Notes under the pieces: model-generated | What the model was told of the DNA's origin: nothing | The model's input: the letters and a program-made list of their open reading frames with translations, nothing else | Database searches by the model: none | Program-made: the position numbers and the translations under genes | In this document: positions 25,937 to 39,882 of the stretch, piece by piece | Layout: every line of letters starts with the position of its first letter | Position numbering within the stretch: the stretch's first letter is position 1 | Assembly (NCBI GenBank): GCA_976551045.1 | Contig: CDPCPM010000247.1 | Span: 620,001-684,000, forward strand | Source of the DNA: Glaucostegus cemiculus | Lineage: Eukaryota | Reading direction: 5' to 3' | DNA: 64,000 bases

Positions 25937-27267
25937 TCACTTAGAGAAGAAGGATTCATACTGCCGACTGCTATTCATCGACTTCAGCTCCGCTTTCAAT
26001 ACCATCATCCTGCAACAGCTAATCAGGAAGTTGAGCGCTCTGGGCATTAACTCTCCTCTCTGCAACTGGATACTGGATTTTCTAATTTGCAGGCCGCAGT
26101 CAGTCAAAATTGGTGAAAACACCTCAAGCACCATCACACTGAGCACTGGCTCCCCTCAGGGTTGTGTGCTCAGTCCGCTCCTGTTCACCTTGTTGACTCA
26201 CGACTGTGAGACCAGATCCAGCTCCAACCACATTGTTAAATTTGCCGATGACAAGACAGTGGTGGGTCTTGTCACGAATGACGATGAGTCGGACTACAGA
26301 GAGGAGGTGAAACAACTAGCCGTGCGGTGCTATGACAACAACCTCTCCTTGAATGTGGATAAAACCAAGGAGATGATAGTGGATTTTAGGAGGGGTCACC
26401 GTGTGCACGCTCCGCTGACCATCAACGGGTCTGCTGTGGAACAAGTACGCAGCACCAAGTCCCTGGGAGTGCACATCACCGACGACCTGACCTGGTCCAC
26501 TAACATTACGGCCCTCACGAAGAAAGCTCAGAAACGCCTCTACTTCCTGCGGAGACTGAGGAAAGCGAACCCCTATCCCTCCGTCATGAAAACCTTCTAT
26601 AGGGGGACCATTGAGAGCATCCTAACCCAATGTATCACTGTTTGGTTTGGAAGCTGCTCAGCTGCTGGGCGGAAGTCCCTCCAGAAGACAGTTAGGGCTG
26701 CGGAGTGGATTATAGGTGTCTCGCTTACATCCCTCACAGACATATACAAAGACCGTTGTGTGAGGAAGACCAAAAGCATAATGGCCGACCCTTCTCACCC
26801 CTCCCACCACCTCTTTACAATTTTGCCATCAGGGAGGAGACTTAAATGTATCAGGGCAAGAACGACCAGGCTGAACAATAGCTTCTTTCCGCAAGCCATC
26901 AGAACTGCAAACTCTCTCATCCCTCCATCTTCCTTTGTTAACACTAAGAGATGCTAGGTGCACAGAAATGCACCAGCACTTTAAATGCCCCAGCACTTTA
27001 AATGCCCGACGCCAGCCCGTTCACTTTAATAACTATTTATTTATTTACCGGCCATTTTTAATTTAATCTGCTTATTAATTTAATTTTAACTTCCGTAGTT
27101 TTTAATGTTTAATGTTTTTTAATGTTTATTCTGTTAAGTGTGTATGTGTGTCTCTGTTGGTTGTTGTTTAATGGGACGAGCATCTGAGGAAGACGGTATC
27201 TCGCTCCTATGCATACCATGTATGTATATGGTTGTGACAATAAAACTGATTCTGATTCTGATTCTGA
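25937..27267 (+). mobile_element. 5'-truncated Rex1/Babar-like non-LTR retrotransposon with an uninterrupted RT + C-terminal ORF (stop at 26957)
   Basis: [83 protein letters not shown] and [15 protein letters not shown], followed by an AT-rich 3' UTR and the tail caataaaac(tgattc)3. Confidence 0.88.
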
Positions 27268-28644
27268 TGAATGAATGTCAGCTTATTCTCACTAGAATCT
27301 GTCTGCTATTCTCTGCACCCAACATATTTTCCAGAGAAAGCCTATAGACTAATCATGGACAGGGTGCTATATTGTTCTTTGCCAGCTCATTGAAATAATG
27401 TAGTAATGACTACTTGAAATAATTTTTCTCCAAGATGAGACAACTCTCGTGTTGAGCTGAAGCAATTTCAGTGATGCTCCACATAAGAAGCTCTTGGTCT
27501 TAGTTGTGTAAGTTCAGTGAAATCCAAGTGCTTATAATAAGGAGGTAAAGGTTTAAATTGGTAAGTTTAGTAATAGAGTAAAGTTCTTATTATTTTTCTC
27601 TATCTTTGACTATATCTTCAAGATGGTGCATCCTACATTGTCTATTTCAAATTCCCATTTCATATATTGTGGCTTTCTGAGGGAGATTGAAAAATCCGGT
27701 GTTACATAATACAAAATTACAGATTTTGTGATGTGAGATGATTCTAACGCATTGTATTTAAGTCCCTCATAACCACCAGACACTTTGATCCTATCAGGCC
27801 ACAGAGATTAAAAGCCAATGTCTGATCCACTGAACCACCCAGATCTCCAGTATTCATAGCCTTCAGCTCCTTTCCTTCCAAACTGTGTGTAGCGCTGGCT
27901 TGTGCAGTAGAGTATCAGGGAAGGAAAGATCAGAGATTCTCTTCATCAGGATTGTTTATACAACATCATAAAACAGTCCCATAAGTATTCCAACAGTCCT
28001 TCCCATAAGTATTGCCTAATTTGCAATCTGCCTGATCAAGACATTCTTATTTGTGACAGCCTAATGGTATTAGGGTCCACCCAGCAGTGATCTTTTCTTT
28101 TGACTTCCTTCCTCCCTACAAAGTAATGTTGCAAATTTTTTTTAGAATGACTCAGATCAACAGCCAAATGGAATAGAACCCAATTTAAATTTCCCAACAG
28201 CAACAATTATTATGCTCTAAACTTTTAAGTTGAGAAGGAGTTGATGTTGCTTTTTAATTTTTGAGGTCTGCTGAGTCTGACTGCACAGACTCCTCTTCAC
28301 TTTTCCCTCCTCCTCCCACGAACCAACATCTTAATTAAAAACATGCACAGAGCTTCACATTCATAAGGCTTGGAATATAAGTTATTTCCGGCAGCTTTAG
28401 ATGTGAGCAAGTGCTGAGGTGCTCCATTATTCCAGACTTATGTGTAATGTTTTCCTTCAAATTGACTGACACAACCTTCTTCCGCAAATTAAGAATGAGC
28501 TATTTTGATCTTGGGAAATGTGGGGACCCCGAATTAAATCGAACATCAAAACTGCAAACTGTTAAAAGAGAGCGCTGTTATTGCAGCTCTCTTTAAAAAA
28601 TTCATAATTTACGAAGATCTTTCATTGTCATCATCCTTTTTGGT

Positions 28645-28850
28645 GTTGGTCTATTATCGTCACATGTACCAAAATGCAGTGAAAAGCTTTTGCTTGCATG
28701 CCATCCAGACAGATCATTCCATGTACATTGAGATAGTAAAAAGGGAAACAGAATGTGGAATAAAGTTACAGAGAAAGTGTAGTGCAGGTAGAAAAATAAA
28801 GTGCAAGGGCCACAACGAGGTAGATTGGGAGACCAAGAGTTCATCCTTTA
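28645..28850 (-). mobile_element. Short retroelement 3' fragment, reverse orientation
   Basis: tattatcgtcacatgtaccaaaatgcagtgaaaagcttttg... resembles a common elasmobranch LINE 3' UTR as recalled. Confidence 0.4.
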
Positions 28851-31800
28851 CCTCCATCACCTGAGCAATCCTAAGAGGCTATTAACTGTAGATACCATCA
28901 GGGAAACATACTGCAGGGGGGAACAGAGTCCAACAATATGAGGACCAGCTCCTGTCTCAGACCCTCACTATAATTCAGCAACTATGTTGATAAGGGGGTA
29001 CAGATTTAAAGTTATGAGCAGAAGATTGCAATAGAGGGTGATGATGGGAAAAAGTTGCTCTTTCCAGAGAGTGTGGTTATAATCAGTAATTCTCCGTCCA
29101 TGAGCCAATCAGGACTTTCAAAAGTGAACTGATTTGCAGGGATGTAGGGGAAGAATGGGGAAGGGAAGGTGACTCGATTACTGACACAGAGTTGGTGGAC
29201 AAAATGGCCCCTTCTGTGCTGTAACAATTCAAGATTCTCTGCTTCTAAAATTACAACAGTCACTACACTTCAAAAGTGTTGCATGAAATAAAACATTTTG
29301 AGCTGCACTGACATAGGGGAAGGTGCTATGTACATGCAAGCTTCTTTTTATTCTGCTTCTTTTAGCATGGATTTATCAGACTTTTGGTTTTGGAAAAGCC
29401 TCTCAGTGAGTATGTCCACATTGAATCAGTTATAAATATAAATCAAATAAAGTTAGACACTGAAATGGAATGTTGAAAGTTAAGTCTTTTTTCCATATGT
29501 ACTTGACACTAAATTGGCAATCTCACTCAATTAATCCACAGGAGAAATAGAAAAAAAATTCAAAACTTTCAAAACTGGTTCAATCGATAGTGCTGATGAT
29601 TCTAGAGCTGACACAAAAGTAAAGGGGGCACAATAGGAGGAATTCTACACCAGCCTCAACCTAGAAGTACATAAAGCAGGCTCTGGGTCCCTGAAATAGA
29701 AGGGTTTATTTCCTACACAGATATTGCTTGCCTTGGTAAGCTTGAGAGTCACAGAAATCTTCCTGCAGAAAACTCAGATAATCCAGTTTCCAATTGTTTA
29801 GAAATCTGATGGTTTGGAATCTGGCTCACTCAATAGTATACAAAGTTCTCATTATCCGTATTCAGGGATCTGCGTACTCACGAGGTCGGTCGTGTTTTAC
29901 TGTAGGCCAAGCTGAAACTCACCAGGTTCCGTTTCCTGTACTCCCTTTAAGCTCACCAGGGCTCAGCTTCAAACTCCCTTTAAGCTCATTTTGTTCATTG
30001 GAGAATGTATCTTACTCCCATACAATATATAAAATAAGTGAAATAAGAACATGTTGAGGTAATAGGAACAACAACCAACAGTCAGGAAAATCCGCTAGTG
30101 CGGCACCACCGAAGTCCCAAGGCTGCCCCATTATTGGAGTTTTACTGTACTTGATAAATTATGAAGACGTTTAAAGGTGTGCCTGAGCTTCTTGTAATTA
30201 ATTAGTTCAAGATTCAATGGATCTTGTATTTTTATCCATCCACCTCTGTTGTTGTCTTTAGGCTTGCTGAAGTTTATTGTATTCGTGAACCTTGCCAATA
30301 AAATATGGTAGACGTACTTAGACATATCCTTCCTTACAGTTCTGACTAAGAAAATGAACAGCAATTTTGAGGAAGATATTTTGACTGAATTTTCCCCTCC
30401 TCCTAGTCCAGGGTCACTGTGTTTCCAGGATGAATTTGAGATCATTCTGGCCCATTTAAATCCAGCTCACACATTCAGTGGAACAAACCATCAAATAAGA
30501 AATAAATACTACGATGGGTTAAATGGATGAGGAGTTTGGATTTTGAGGGGAAGATTGCCAGGAGCTGCAAGTTCAACATTTTTTACCCTAAAGTGATAGG
30601 AAGCTCTAATTGTGGGACAGCCCTCATATAATTCTGGGTAGCTAGTACAGAGTGGTATGAGTAAAGAAGACGATAAAAGATTATGGCTTTACTCTACAGT
30701 AGTCACTGTGGCTTGGTCAGAGTTAAACAATAGGAATAGAATTGAATTTCTTTAAGATTTTAAGGATAAAGTGTTGTAGAAAAGCACAACATATTTTTAA
30801 AGATGTTAAAACTGATCACATCTATTAGTCATTACCAGAGGAGAAACTCCAATCAATTGTAAATGCAACCCTGTCAGTGTGGGTATGAAGGGTGCTTAAT
30901 CAGTTGTCATTCCAGAAAGTAGGCTTCTGATACTGCCAAACTCCTGTGTGCTGCTTATTCCTTATGAACGTGGCAATAGTTGACCAATTTATTTAGGAAG
31001 CCATCATTCGTCTTCATTACTGGGTCCAAGTCTGTAACTCGTGACCTAACACTGGGAAGAGGTGGGGGGGAATTCAGGGGAGAGACACAAATGGGTGGGT
31101 CCCCTTACCATACAGACAGCAGTTCAAGAAAGTGATTCAAGGCAATAAAAGCTGGCCTGGCTAGTGATGCGCAGATTCCAAAAATGATTAATAAAAAAGA
31201 CTTTCAACATCTCCAACTGTGTTGGATTAAAGTTTCAGATTCAGATTGAGGCTTCTGCTCATTTTTATCCATCCTGCTGTATCAGTAATCTCTTCAAAAC
31301 CAAACTGACCCCATAAAATAATATTGCAACACTTTCCAGGTTTTGTCTTTAGATGTCCCAGCTTTGCCATTATCATGTACTTGATCGTTACATGTAGAGG
31401 GGAATGTACAATAATAACTTGATATGATAAGCAAGTCCAGAGCATTTCAAATTAAATGCAACAGTACACCAAGGGAGTTGCAGAATCAAAGCAGTGAAAG
31501 GCTAAATTAAGACTGATTTCAAGAATTTTTTGACATTAAGTAATTTTAACTTGGGGAAGTGTAAAATGTGAGAAATTGTATTTGTCACAAATTATACAAA
31601 AATACCCAACATTCCTATCCACCTGGAGCAATAGAAAGGGAAAAATGGGTGACCCATTTGATGTTACCTATTCACACTACTCTTAAATTAAACCTATCTT
31701 TTGACTGAATCACCATTTGGAATAGGTTTCCAAGACAGCTGGATTCTGTGATAGGGTTTTCCTTGAGAATGAACTATGATGGGCCAAATATCCCTCTTTA

Positions 31801-33801
31801 TCCATTTTATTTGAGACACAAGATCATATTTAGGTTGAGTGCTTAGCAACAGTTCTACTGTTTCTTGCAAACTGTCACTATAGATGAATGAGGATAAAAT
31901 CCCACTGAAGCACATTGGTGGTTAAGAGCATAATGTGGTACAAAACTCGTGCATTAGGCTGATACAGCTTGATCTCTGGTTTGCCCTGACATAGCTGTGC
32001 TTGGCAGAGTAGTGCTGGATGAGGCACAGGTTTTAGTCTTGGGTCACTCATTGGAAAACAATGTCATGCTTTCCTCTCCTGACACCTCTCTGCAAAACGC
32101 AAGTATTCAGTTGTTAGGTGAGAACTGGGCCCAGATGCAACAGGGAAGTTCTTGGCGGTTGAATATTGTTCACTATTCTGGCTCACATTTGATAACGGGT
32201 AGTTCACCATATGCAGAACCAGCATGGGTCCAGCTTAAGGAGAGGAAGACAAAAAAACCTTTTTTTCTCAGAGGCAATTTGGCTGGCTCTGATTCCATTT
32301 CACAGGCAGTTCTGCACAAGAAAAATGCATTAGTAAGGACAGTGTCTATAAATGGCTTTGTGCCATGATAACGTTTTACCAGGGGAATGAGAGACAAATC
32401 ATCACTACTCTGAAGAAACAATATCTCATTTTTCATCCTAAAGTCTCATATACAGAAAATAAATTAACTCAAGAATAGTTAATTTTAATTCTTTTCTCCA
32501 TTTAATTCTCACAGGCATCAGCCCACACTCAGTCCTCTATTTCCCTTTAAATAGCAGAAATGTTTTTCTAAATTGCTCACCAAGAAGTGGGTGTAACTGT
32601 ATTTTTAAATTTGCTCAGACGCAATTCATTTCCAAACTGCATACTTTGAACTCCCACAGTTGATCCCCCTTTCTTCTTGAGTATATTGACATGCTGGTCA
32701 TAGCTCCACAGGGGCCTGCCACCCTCTCCTCCAAGGGTTATTCTCAATATGTCAGCTAAGTAAGGCTATCCTTCAACTATAAGGGGTGATCAAAATGACA
32801 ACAGAAAATTCTACTCCTCACTCAATACCCACATGGGTGACCTGCTGTAGGTCAAAGAACAGGAATCCTGGCTGCTCTTATTCTCTATTTAGCCCAACCC
32901 AACGCAAAAACTCAATAAGAACCAAGCAGAAAACATGGGGCCTTACTGGTTTGCAAACTTCAGTATCAGGCAGTGCAGTTTTCCACTCAGTCATCAGCAG
33001 GGGCAACGCATAAATGTAACTGATTAAAGAGGTTGTTTCACATAGATGGGGAGCTTGCTAATGGTGAGGCAAAAACTGGAGCATGCTGCAAAGTATAAGG
33101 TACAGCTGGAAAAAGTAGAAAAGTTAATCATGGAATAAGGGTCAATGGAGAGGCAAACTAACCAGTTTCTCCATACTTCTCCATAAACGCCTACAGGAAA
33201 ATAAGCCTAAGAATTTACTTGGCCAGCTTTAACAGGGTTAGAGACTTTACTAACAGAAACCATGTTGTTGATTTTGTTCTTGGTTATGAATTTTATGTGC
33301 AATACCCTTCAATGTATTCGTTATGTACCATAAGTATATACTATATTCTAAGTAAGGGAAACATTCTATCATATTTTAGCTTTTCCTAATTTAACTACTG
33401 TTCAGTGTTACAATTTTCTCCACTTAGCTCTACCATGGCTTTAGGAGTATAGTTACTATTCACATACCCTGACGGTATGGTTTTTAACTTGCTTTCTTTA
33501 AATATTGGGCATTGAATGTGGAGGGGTTCAGGCTAGTTATTATACTTCTTGCAGTTAAATAGCTTGACACTATTCAACCAGCATAAGTTACTATAAAGAG
33601 TTAAGAATGCAAAATGTCTTAATCCAATGGATGAGATGGCCATTTGGTGGTGAATGCACCACACAGAGGAATAGGTACCATATGCTTCCTCTGAATGAGT
33701 TCTTTTGAATCTATCCTCCAGTTCAAGGCTGCTATGCAGATGTACAACAGTAAGAATAATGAAGTTGCTATGAGAAATGGTTTGTCACATAAAATAACCC
33801 A

Positions 33802-34083
33802 GTGTAGCAGTTGGCGTAACGCTATTACAGATCCAGTGACCCAGATTCAATTCCGGCCACTGTCCGTAAGGAGGTTGTACGTTCCCTCCATGTCTGCGTG
33901 GGTTTCCTCCGGGTGCTCCGGTTTCCTCCCACATTCCGAAGACGTACGGGTTAGGAAGTTGCGGGCGGGCTATGTTGGTGCCGGAAGCGTGGTGACACTT
34001 GCAGACTGCCCCCAGAATACTCTACACAAAAGATGCATTTCACTATGTGTTTCGATGTACACGTGACTAATAAAGATATCTTC
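33802..34083 (+). mobile_element. tRNA-derived V-SINE
   Basis: Collinear with 9190-9490: gctattacag...ttcaattcc...gggtttcctccgggtgctccggtttcctcccacattccgaagacgtacgggttagg...gactaataaagatatc. Confidence 0.8.
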
Positions 34084-34772
34084 TCTTAAAAAGATGCAAT
34101 TTTCAATCTCCAGTGGCACATTGCATGATTACTTGCTGGTGGCAGTAGTTGCATTATTTGCCTAGAATCATCTGTTCCCAAGTCAAAAGTTCATGAAGCT
34201 ACTGAACTTGACTTGTGGGTTTCAGATGAAGGAAGAACAAGCAGCTCATCACATCTCATAACTGCAGTGTCAGGTAGACTCTACTCCACCACACAACACT
34301 ATATGCTATATCACCGCAGAGATTTATCTACTAGCCTGTCCTTTCCCCTTGTCCTCTGCTCCATAACATTACATTAGGGGCATGTTTGAACAAGTCTGGT
34401 CCTCTTAGTTTTCATCAAGGATCACAATTCCACCAAATATCTCAGTGGAGATTTATTCTGAGGAACATAGCAATGCTCAATGATGAGGCAGCACTTATTG
34501 CCAATTCCTACATCCGATGCAGAGGCAGAACTCAAAAAGAAAGAATCTTGTACCATTTCAGTCCTTGTAACAGTTTCAATGACAGAAGTTTCAGTACATT
34601 GATTCAAGCAAATACCAACTGAAGGAATGGCTGATGTCTGAACATAACTTCTTAGACGTAAACCTGCGGATGACAGTGACTATATGACGTCATTGTTCAG
34701 CCTGATGAGTGGAACGGGAAGGACCATTTAAGTAAACTTGGTAACTTGATGTGGTGCAGCCAGAAGAGTTCA

Positions 34773-35170
34773 TGTTGTTTTCTCTGGAGCGGCGGAGTCT
34801 GAGGATAGGCCTGATAGAAGTTCATAAGATTATGAGAGGCAGAGATAGAGTAGACAGCTGGTATCCTTTTTCCCCAGAGTCAAAATGTCTAATACTAGAG
34901 GGCATGCAATTAAAGTGAGAGGGGGGTAACTTCAAAGGAGATGTATGGGTGCCTGGAATGAACTGCCAGGGGTGGTGGTGGAGGCAAATATGATAGAAGT
35001 AGTTAAGAGGCTCTTAGATAGATACATGAATGTGCAGAGAATGGAGAGATATGGACATTGTGTAGGCAGAAGGGATTAGTTTAGTTAGGCATTTAATTAC
35101 TAGCTTAATTAGTTTGGCACAATGACGTGTGTGGAGGGGCCTGTTCCAGTGCTGTACTGTTTGATGTTCT
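34773..35170 (+). mobile_element. CR1 LINE 3' fragment
   Basis: ttgttttctctggagcggcggagtctgagg...gcctggaatgaactgccagggg...gtgctgtactgtttgatgttct; homologous to the 3' end of the element at 20735-22495. Confidence 0.75.
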
Positions 35171-38100
35171 AAAGAATACTATGCCTTACTGCCCCAATTC
35201 TGCTGCAAACCTGCCTTATATTGGATGCAAACATTCACCTCATTTTATGTCACCCAAACCTATTGTCAGATGTTATTTTATGGTATTGCTCATAAGAATA
35301 GTCATTTGTCCATAAACAATTGCTGATAATAACCTTATTACACATATTGGAGTGTCATTTTATAATTCCTATGCTGACTGACTAGCAAATAAGTCTGCCA
35401 GACAGTTTTCAGAGTTGGTCTTACAACCATGTGTTGGATTCATTAAACCCTGACTAGCAATGAGCTGCTTATATAATTGTTACCAGGTTAAGCTGTTGCA
35501 TTATTTTTCCCTGCACGACTTTCTTGGCAGTGAAATGATACTGTGAATTGGCTTGTTTCGAGAAATGTTGTCGGTCACAAATGGGACGAGCCAAATCACA
35601 CGAATCCAGAGGGAAAACAAATGCTTCAGTATTTTTTTCCTCTCAGGGAGCATTAACCTGTTTCCGATTTCTTCCTAAAATGGAGCTGTTTGATATAAAA
35701 ATTCTGCTGATCATGTGAACAAAGCTGGAATCCTGCCCTAGAGCTCACACTGATGGGAGAGTAAACACAACTGCCAGTTACAAGCACCACTCAGATGTGA
35801 TTCAGAGCCCCTTGCCCTAGCAAGGTTCTGCAGAGCTTCACCCTTGTGTTGCCCAAAAGAGGGAAAAGTCTCACCTTTGAGGTGAAAGATTCTGCCTCTC
35901 TTTATATTTTGGCTTTATTCCTGTTTCAGTAAAACTTTATCAAATTCTGTTCAAACTATGAGCACTGGTGAGAGTGAGGTGATGCTGGGCAGTGTGACCA
36001 GGCCCTGACAGGATGCATTGCTCTTTGTTTTATACGTTTATCCTGATTGACTATGGCTCCCCTACGGACCAAAATGTTACAGCTAGAGTTTGTTTCAAGA
36101 CAGAGAAATCCAGGGGAATTTTCTTTTTGTAACTTGTGTCACATGAGATGAAGGAACAGTCACAAGACTATAATACAGGATAATCCATTCAACATATTTT
36201 ACAAACGGTGTGAAGCTAGCAACTTTGAAACTGCCCAGAGGATTAGGACTCTTAAATACAGAAATCACTAAGTGCCAGCATTCATCCATGCTGCCTATAA
36301 AAGGATTTGTAATATTTTCTACAAATACAACACACCATGTAAATGTGAGTTCTTTGTTTTTCCCAAATGACACTGCAAATATACAAGGAAATGCAGACTA
36401 AAACTCCAACAGTACTACTTCACCATTGGCACAAGCCTTAGACCTGAGAATATGATCTTCAGAAAGACTTAAGAAATCTACTCAAGGCCATGAATCCCTG
36501 GCAGGTACCATGGATACGTGACAATCTACTTCAATCCCTGAGTGCTGCTGGCAGTAACACACAAGTAGAACCAGATGCTGCTCTGTATCATGTTAGGAGG
36601 AGAACTATTCCCTGAGCTACTCTAACACATCTTGTAGTGACCAGCTCCGAGATCCTTTGAGGAAGATTTAAATCTCAGTCGCCTGACAACTCTTCTGGGG
36701 CAACTGATGAATGGCTCGGGGAGTCCGCAGTGAGATTTTCATACATTTAAAAAAATGTTTCTGCAATTAGCTGAAATTTTGCTTTCTGCTTCAAACTGAC
36801 ATGACTGCCTATCCTGCTCCATTAATAAGGAGTAACATTCAGGAGACTTCCTTCCTCTTTATGCTGAGGCAGGCCACAGTAATTAGCTCATGCTAATTAA
36901 TGTTGCATGTTCGGACTCCTACAAATAGAGTTTGGCTGGAAACACACTCCCCCTTAATTAGGGGCCTTCGCCTTTCTTCCTTTGTGAAAGGAAAGCTGTT
37001 TGACTAATATCATTAACATGCAATACAGCAGAAAAATAGCCTGTCCCCCTCGTCTCTAAGCACCCACTCACCACTCCCTCCACCCCACATAAACATACAC
37101 ACATCTCCTCTGAGATCTACATCTCAATTCAGAGATGCTGGATTTTTAACTGACAGCTTTCAGCAATTATAGGCCATGGAACCTCCTAAACAAGGGTCAG
37201 CCCACTGATAAAACAAGTTTGTTATTAACTAAAAGCTATACATTGGTAAATATGAATATTGTACCCAAATCCCAAAGCACATTCAGTCCATTGAATCATG
37301 TGACAAATGATAGCCAATCAAATCACAATAGTGATGTTGTAAAAGCCTGTTTTCTTTCTTTTTCAATCTTTTTATTAAAAGCCTGTTTTATTGCTCTGGA
37401 TGATAGTTCTGTGACTGATGTGTTTAATGTTTAAATGGTCATTAGGAGAGGTACACCAGAGAGCAAACTGGTGTGCTGTTCCTTACATTAACCCTGGAAT
37501 TGCTTGCCTCTTATAACATAGAAAAAGACCTCAGCTCTATGCTTAAAGAGCAAAATCAATAGTACAAATTGACAAGTCTACAGAGAGGTGGCTGGTTCAA
37601 GATGAGGTGACCTTGTTTTTAACTCACTAAATGCAGAAACAAAAATCAATGATCCCAAAACAAATCACAGGTGCGATTTAGAGCCAGAGAGTTAAACAGC
37701 ACAGAAACAGGCCCTCCGGCCCAAGTCTTTGCTAAACTGCACTAACTCATTATCCTCCAGTGACTCAAATTTATATTAATTCCCTTTGTAGCTTTGGCCT
37801 TAGAATCTTAGTAAATTTCTCTTGCCCTCAGGGAGCCCCAACCTCTTACATTCCTCCGAATTTAGAGACCTCCACATCCCTCATCTTTGGCAATAGAACA
37901 TTCAGCTGCTTAGGCCCTCAGCTCTAGAATTTTTTTCTAAGTCCCTCTGCCTTTCTCCAAGACTCTCCTCCTGTATGATGCTTTTTGAAATCAACCTCTA
38001 GCCAACCCATAAGGCACTCTTCCTAAAAATGCCTTCCCCTGGCCTGTTATTGAACTTTGATTATGGATTGGTGAACTGTCCTAGGATATCTTTGTTCACT

Positions 38101-38759
38101 GATAGTTTTGGAGATGAAAATCAAGTACTGGAAGCTATTAGCTGTGCTTTGTTTGCAAAAGCACTGGAAACATACATCATGGTTCTCTGTGGATTGGTGA
38201 TCATTAGTGTGAATGTGAGATTGACACTACTGCTGCAATACCATGGAATGAATGTATACCTCAGAAACACATTGGACCTCAAATGTGTGGGGCATGGGGT
38301 TCACAGGAGGGTGAACATTGACTCCAATAAAAGATAAAAGGCCATCCCTACCTGAGCCACTATCAGGTGGCCCACTAGTGAACGAAGCCCAGAAATGTTA
38401 TGGATGGTTCTGATGCCTTTCATCATGAAGATCACTGTTACTTTCTATGGCTGGCTGGGTTGACCACGATGATCACAGTCTTGGTGGCCGCTCTTGAAGG
38501 CATAAAGTCCAATCACCCAGAGACAGATGGTGCCAGCTGCCAACACTCATCCCTCCATTCAAAGGCAAAGTCACCCACTTCTTAGCTGGAGGGCTGAAGT
38601 CAATTTCATGGCCTATTAAAGGGCACAATCAGCCTGAGCCACTGCATGGTGTCCAAGGCATCCACTAACATCAGACAGGTTCTTCACCTATCTTCAGTTT
38701 TTATTTACAAATCACCCCCATCCCCAATCTGCTGATATCCTCAGGCTTTCTAACATTCA

Positions 38760-39055
38760 CAGTCATCTCCTTGACCAACAAATACTCCCAATCATCTCAC
38801 TAATAATCTCCCCAACTCCATCACTTCGTCAAACACTACCCAGTCATCTCCCCAATTGATCCCAACCCAATACCCTCCCCAAATGATTCTTAAACTGATC
38901 ACTTCCCCAACTGAACCCCATCCAATCACCTCCCCAAACCAATCCTACCTGATCATCTCCCCAACACAATCCTTCCCTATAACCTCCCTAATTCAATCTA
39001 TCCCCATCATCTCACCAATCCAATCACCTCCCCCACTAAATCCTACCTAATCATT
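38760..39055 (+). repeat. Degenerate C/A-rich minisatellite, ~24-bp period
   Basis: Recurrent atcatctccccaa/atcacctccccaa. The spurious ORF here shows an 8-codon periodicity (ITSPTEPHP ITSPNQSYL IISPTQSFP). Confidence 0.65.
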
Positions 39056-39319
39056 TTCATGATAAACATCTTCCCCCCACCCAACCCCACCCCCACCATC
39101 TCCCAAGCCAGTGGAAGAGCAACAGAGGAAAGGGTTCTTGTGAACCTTGGGCATTATGCATGATAGAGTATCAAAGCCTGAGGACTAGGAAGTGAAGACG
39201 GACGTCATGCTGTTCCTGGGCAATTGAAATACAAGCTGACTCTTCAGAAGCTTCTGACCTTAAAATGGGTGTTGGACCTCATATCTGGCCACCCCAATGT
39301 CCCCTGTTTCCAACCGTGA

Positions 39320-39882
39320 AACTTCACCTGCTTCAGCTCATTTGTAGCGGCAAGCATAATCCATGTCTTTGTTATTTTTAGACCTGATTATCCCAGTGCA
39401 GTCCTGCCCAAACTTCTTCCAGTTCCATAATCACTTCTGTCCCTTCCCAACTTGCAGCAAGTTCCTTTCGTCTATATTCCTGCCTTCCAGTACCACTGAC
39501 TTCCAATTAAACAGCACCTTGACTCTAAAAATGTTTATCCTTGCTTCCATATCCCTCCATGTTGTCAGCCCTTCCTATTTCTGTGATCCCCAGCCCTATT
39601 ACTTGAGGTATCAGTACTCCTCTAATTCAAGCCTCTTCACTTCCAAATTTAATTGCTCCACTGTTGGTGGCCATCCCTTAGGCTACCAAAGCCCTCTCAG
39701 CCAAACCCACTCTCATCACCTCACTTTCCTCTTCTAAGATACCCCTTAAAACCTCCACCTCTGAGCAAGAATTTTGTCACTATTTTTCCTTTTCTAGTGT
39801 GTAATCACACCTTGCTTGATATCACACCAGTGAAGTGACCTGCGTCATTTTGAAGGTGCTATATAAATACAAGTTTTGCTGC
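39320..39882 (+). mobile_element. Old L2-type LINE 3' fragment
   Basis: Ends gtgaagtgacc...aaggtgctatataaatacaagttttgctgct, an L2/Deu-SINE-type tail. A similar remnant lies at ~37760-38100. Confidence 0.45.
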
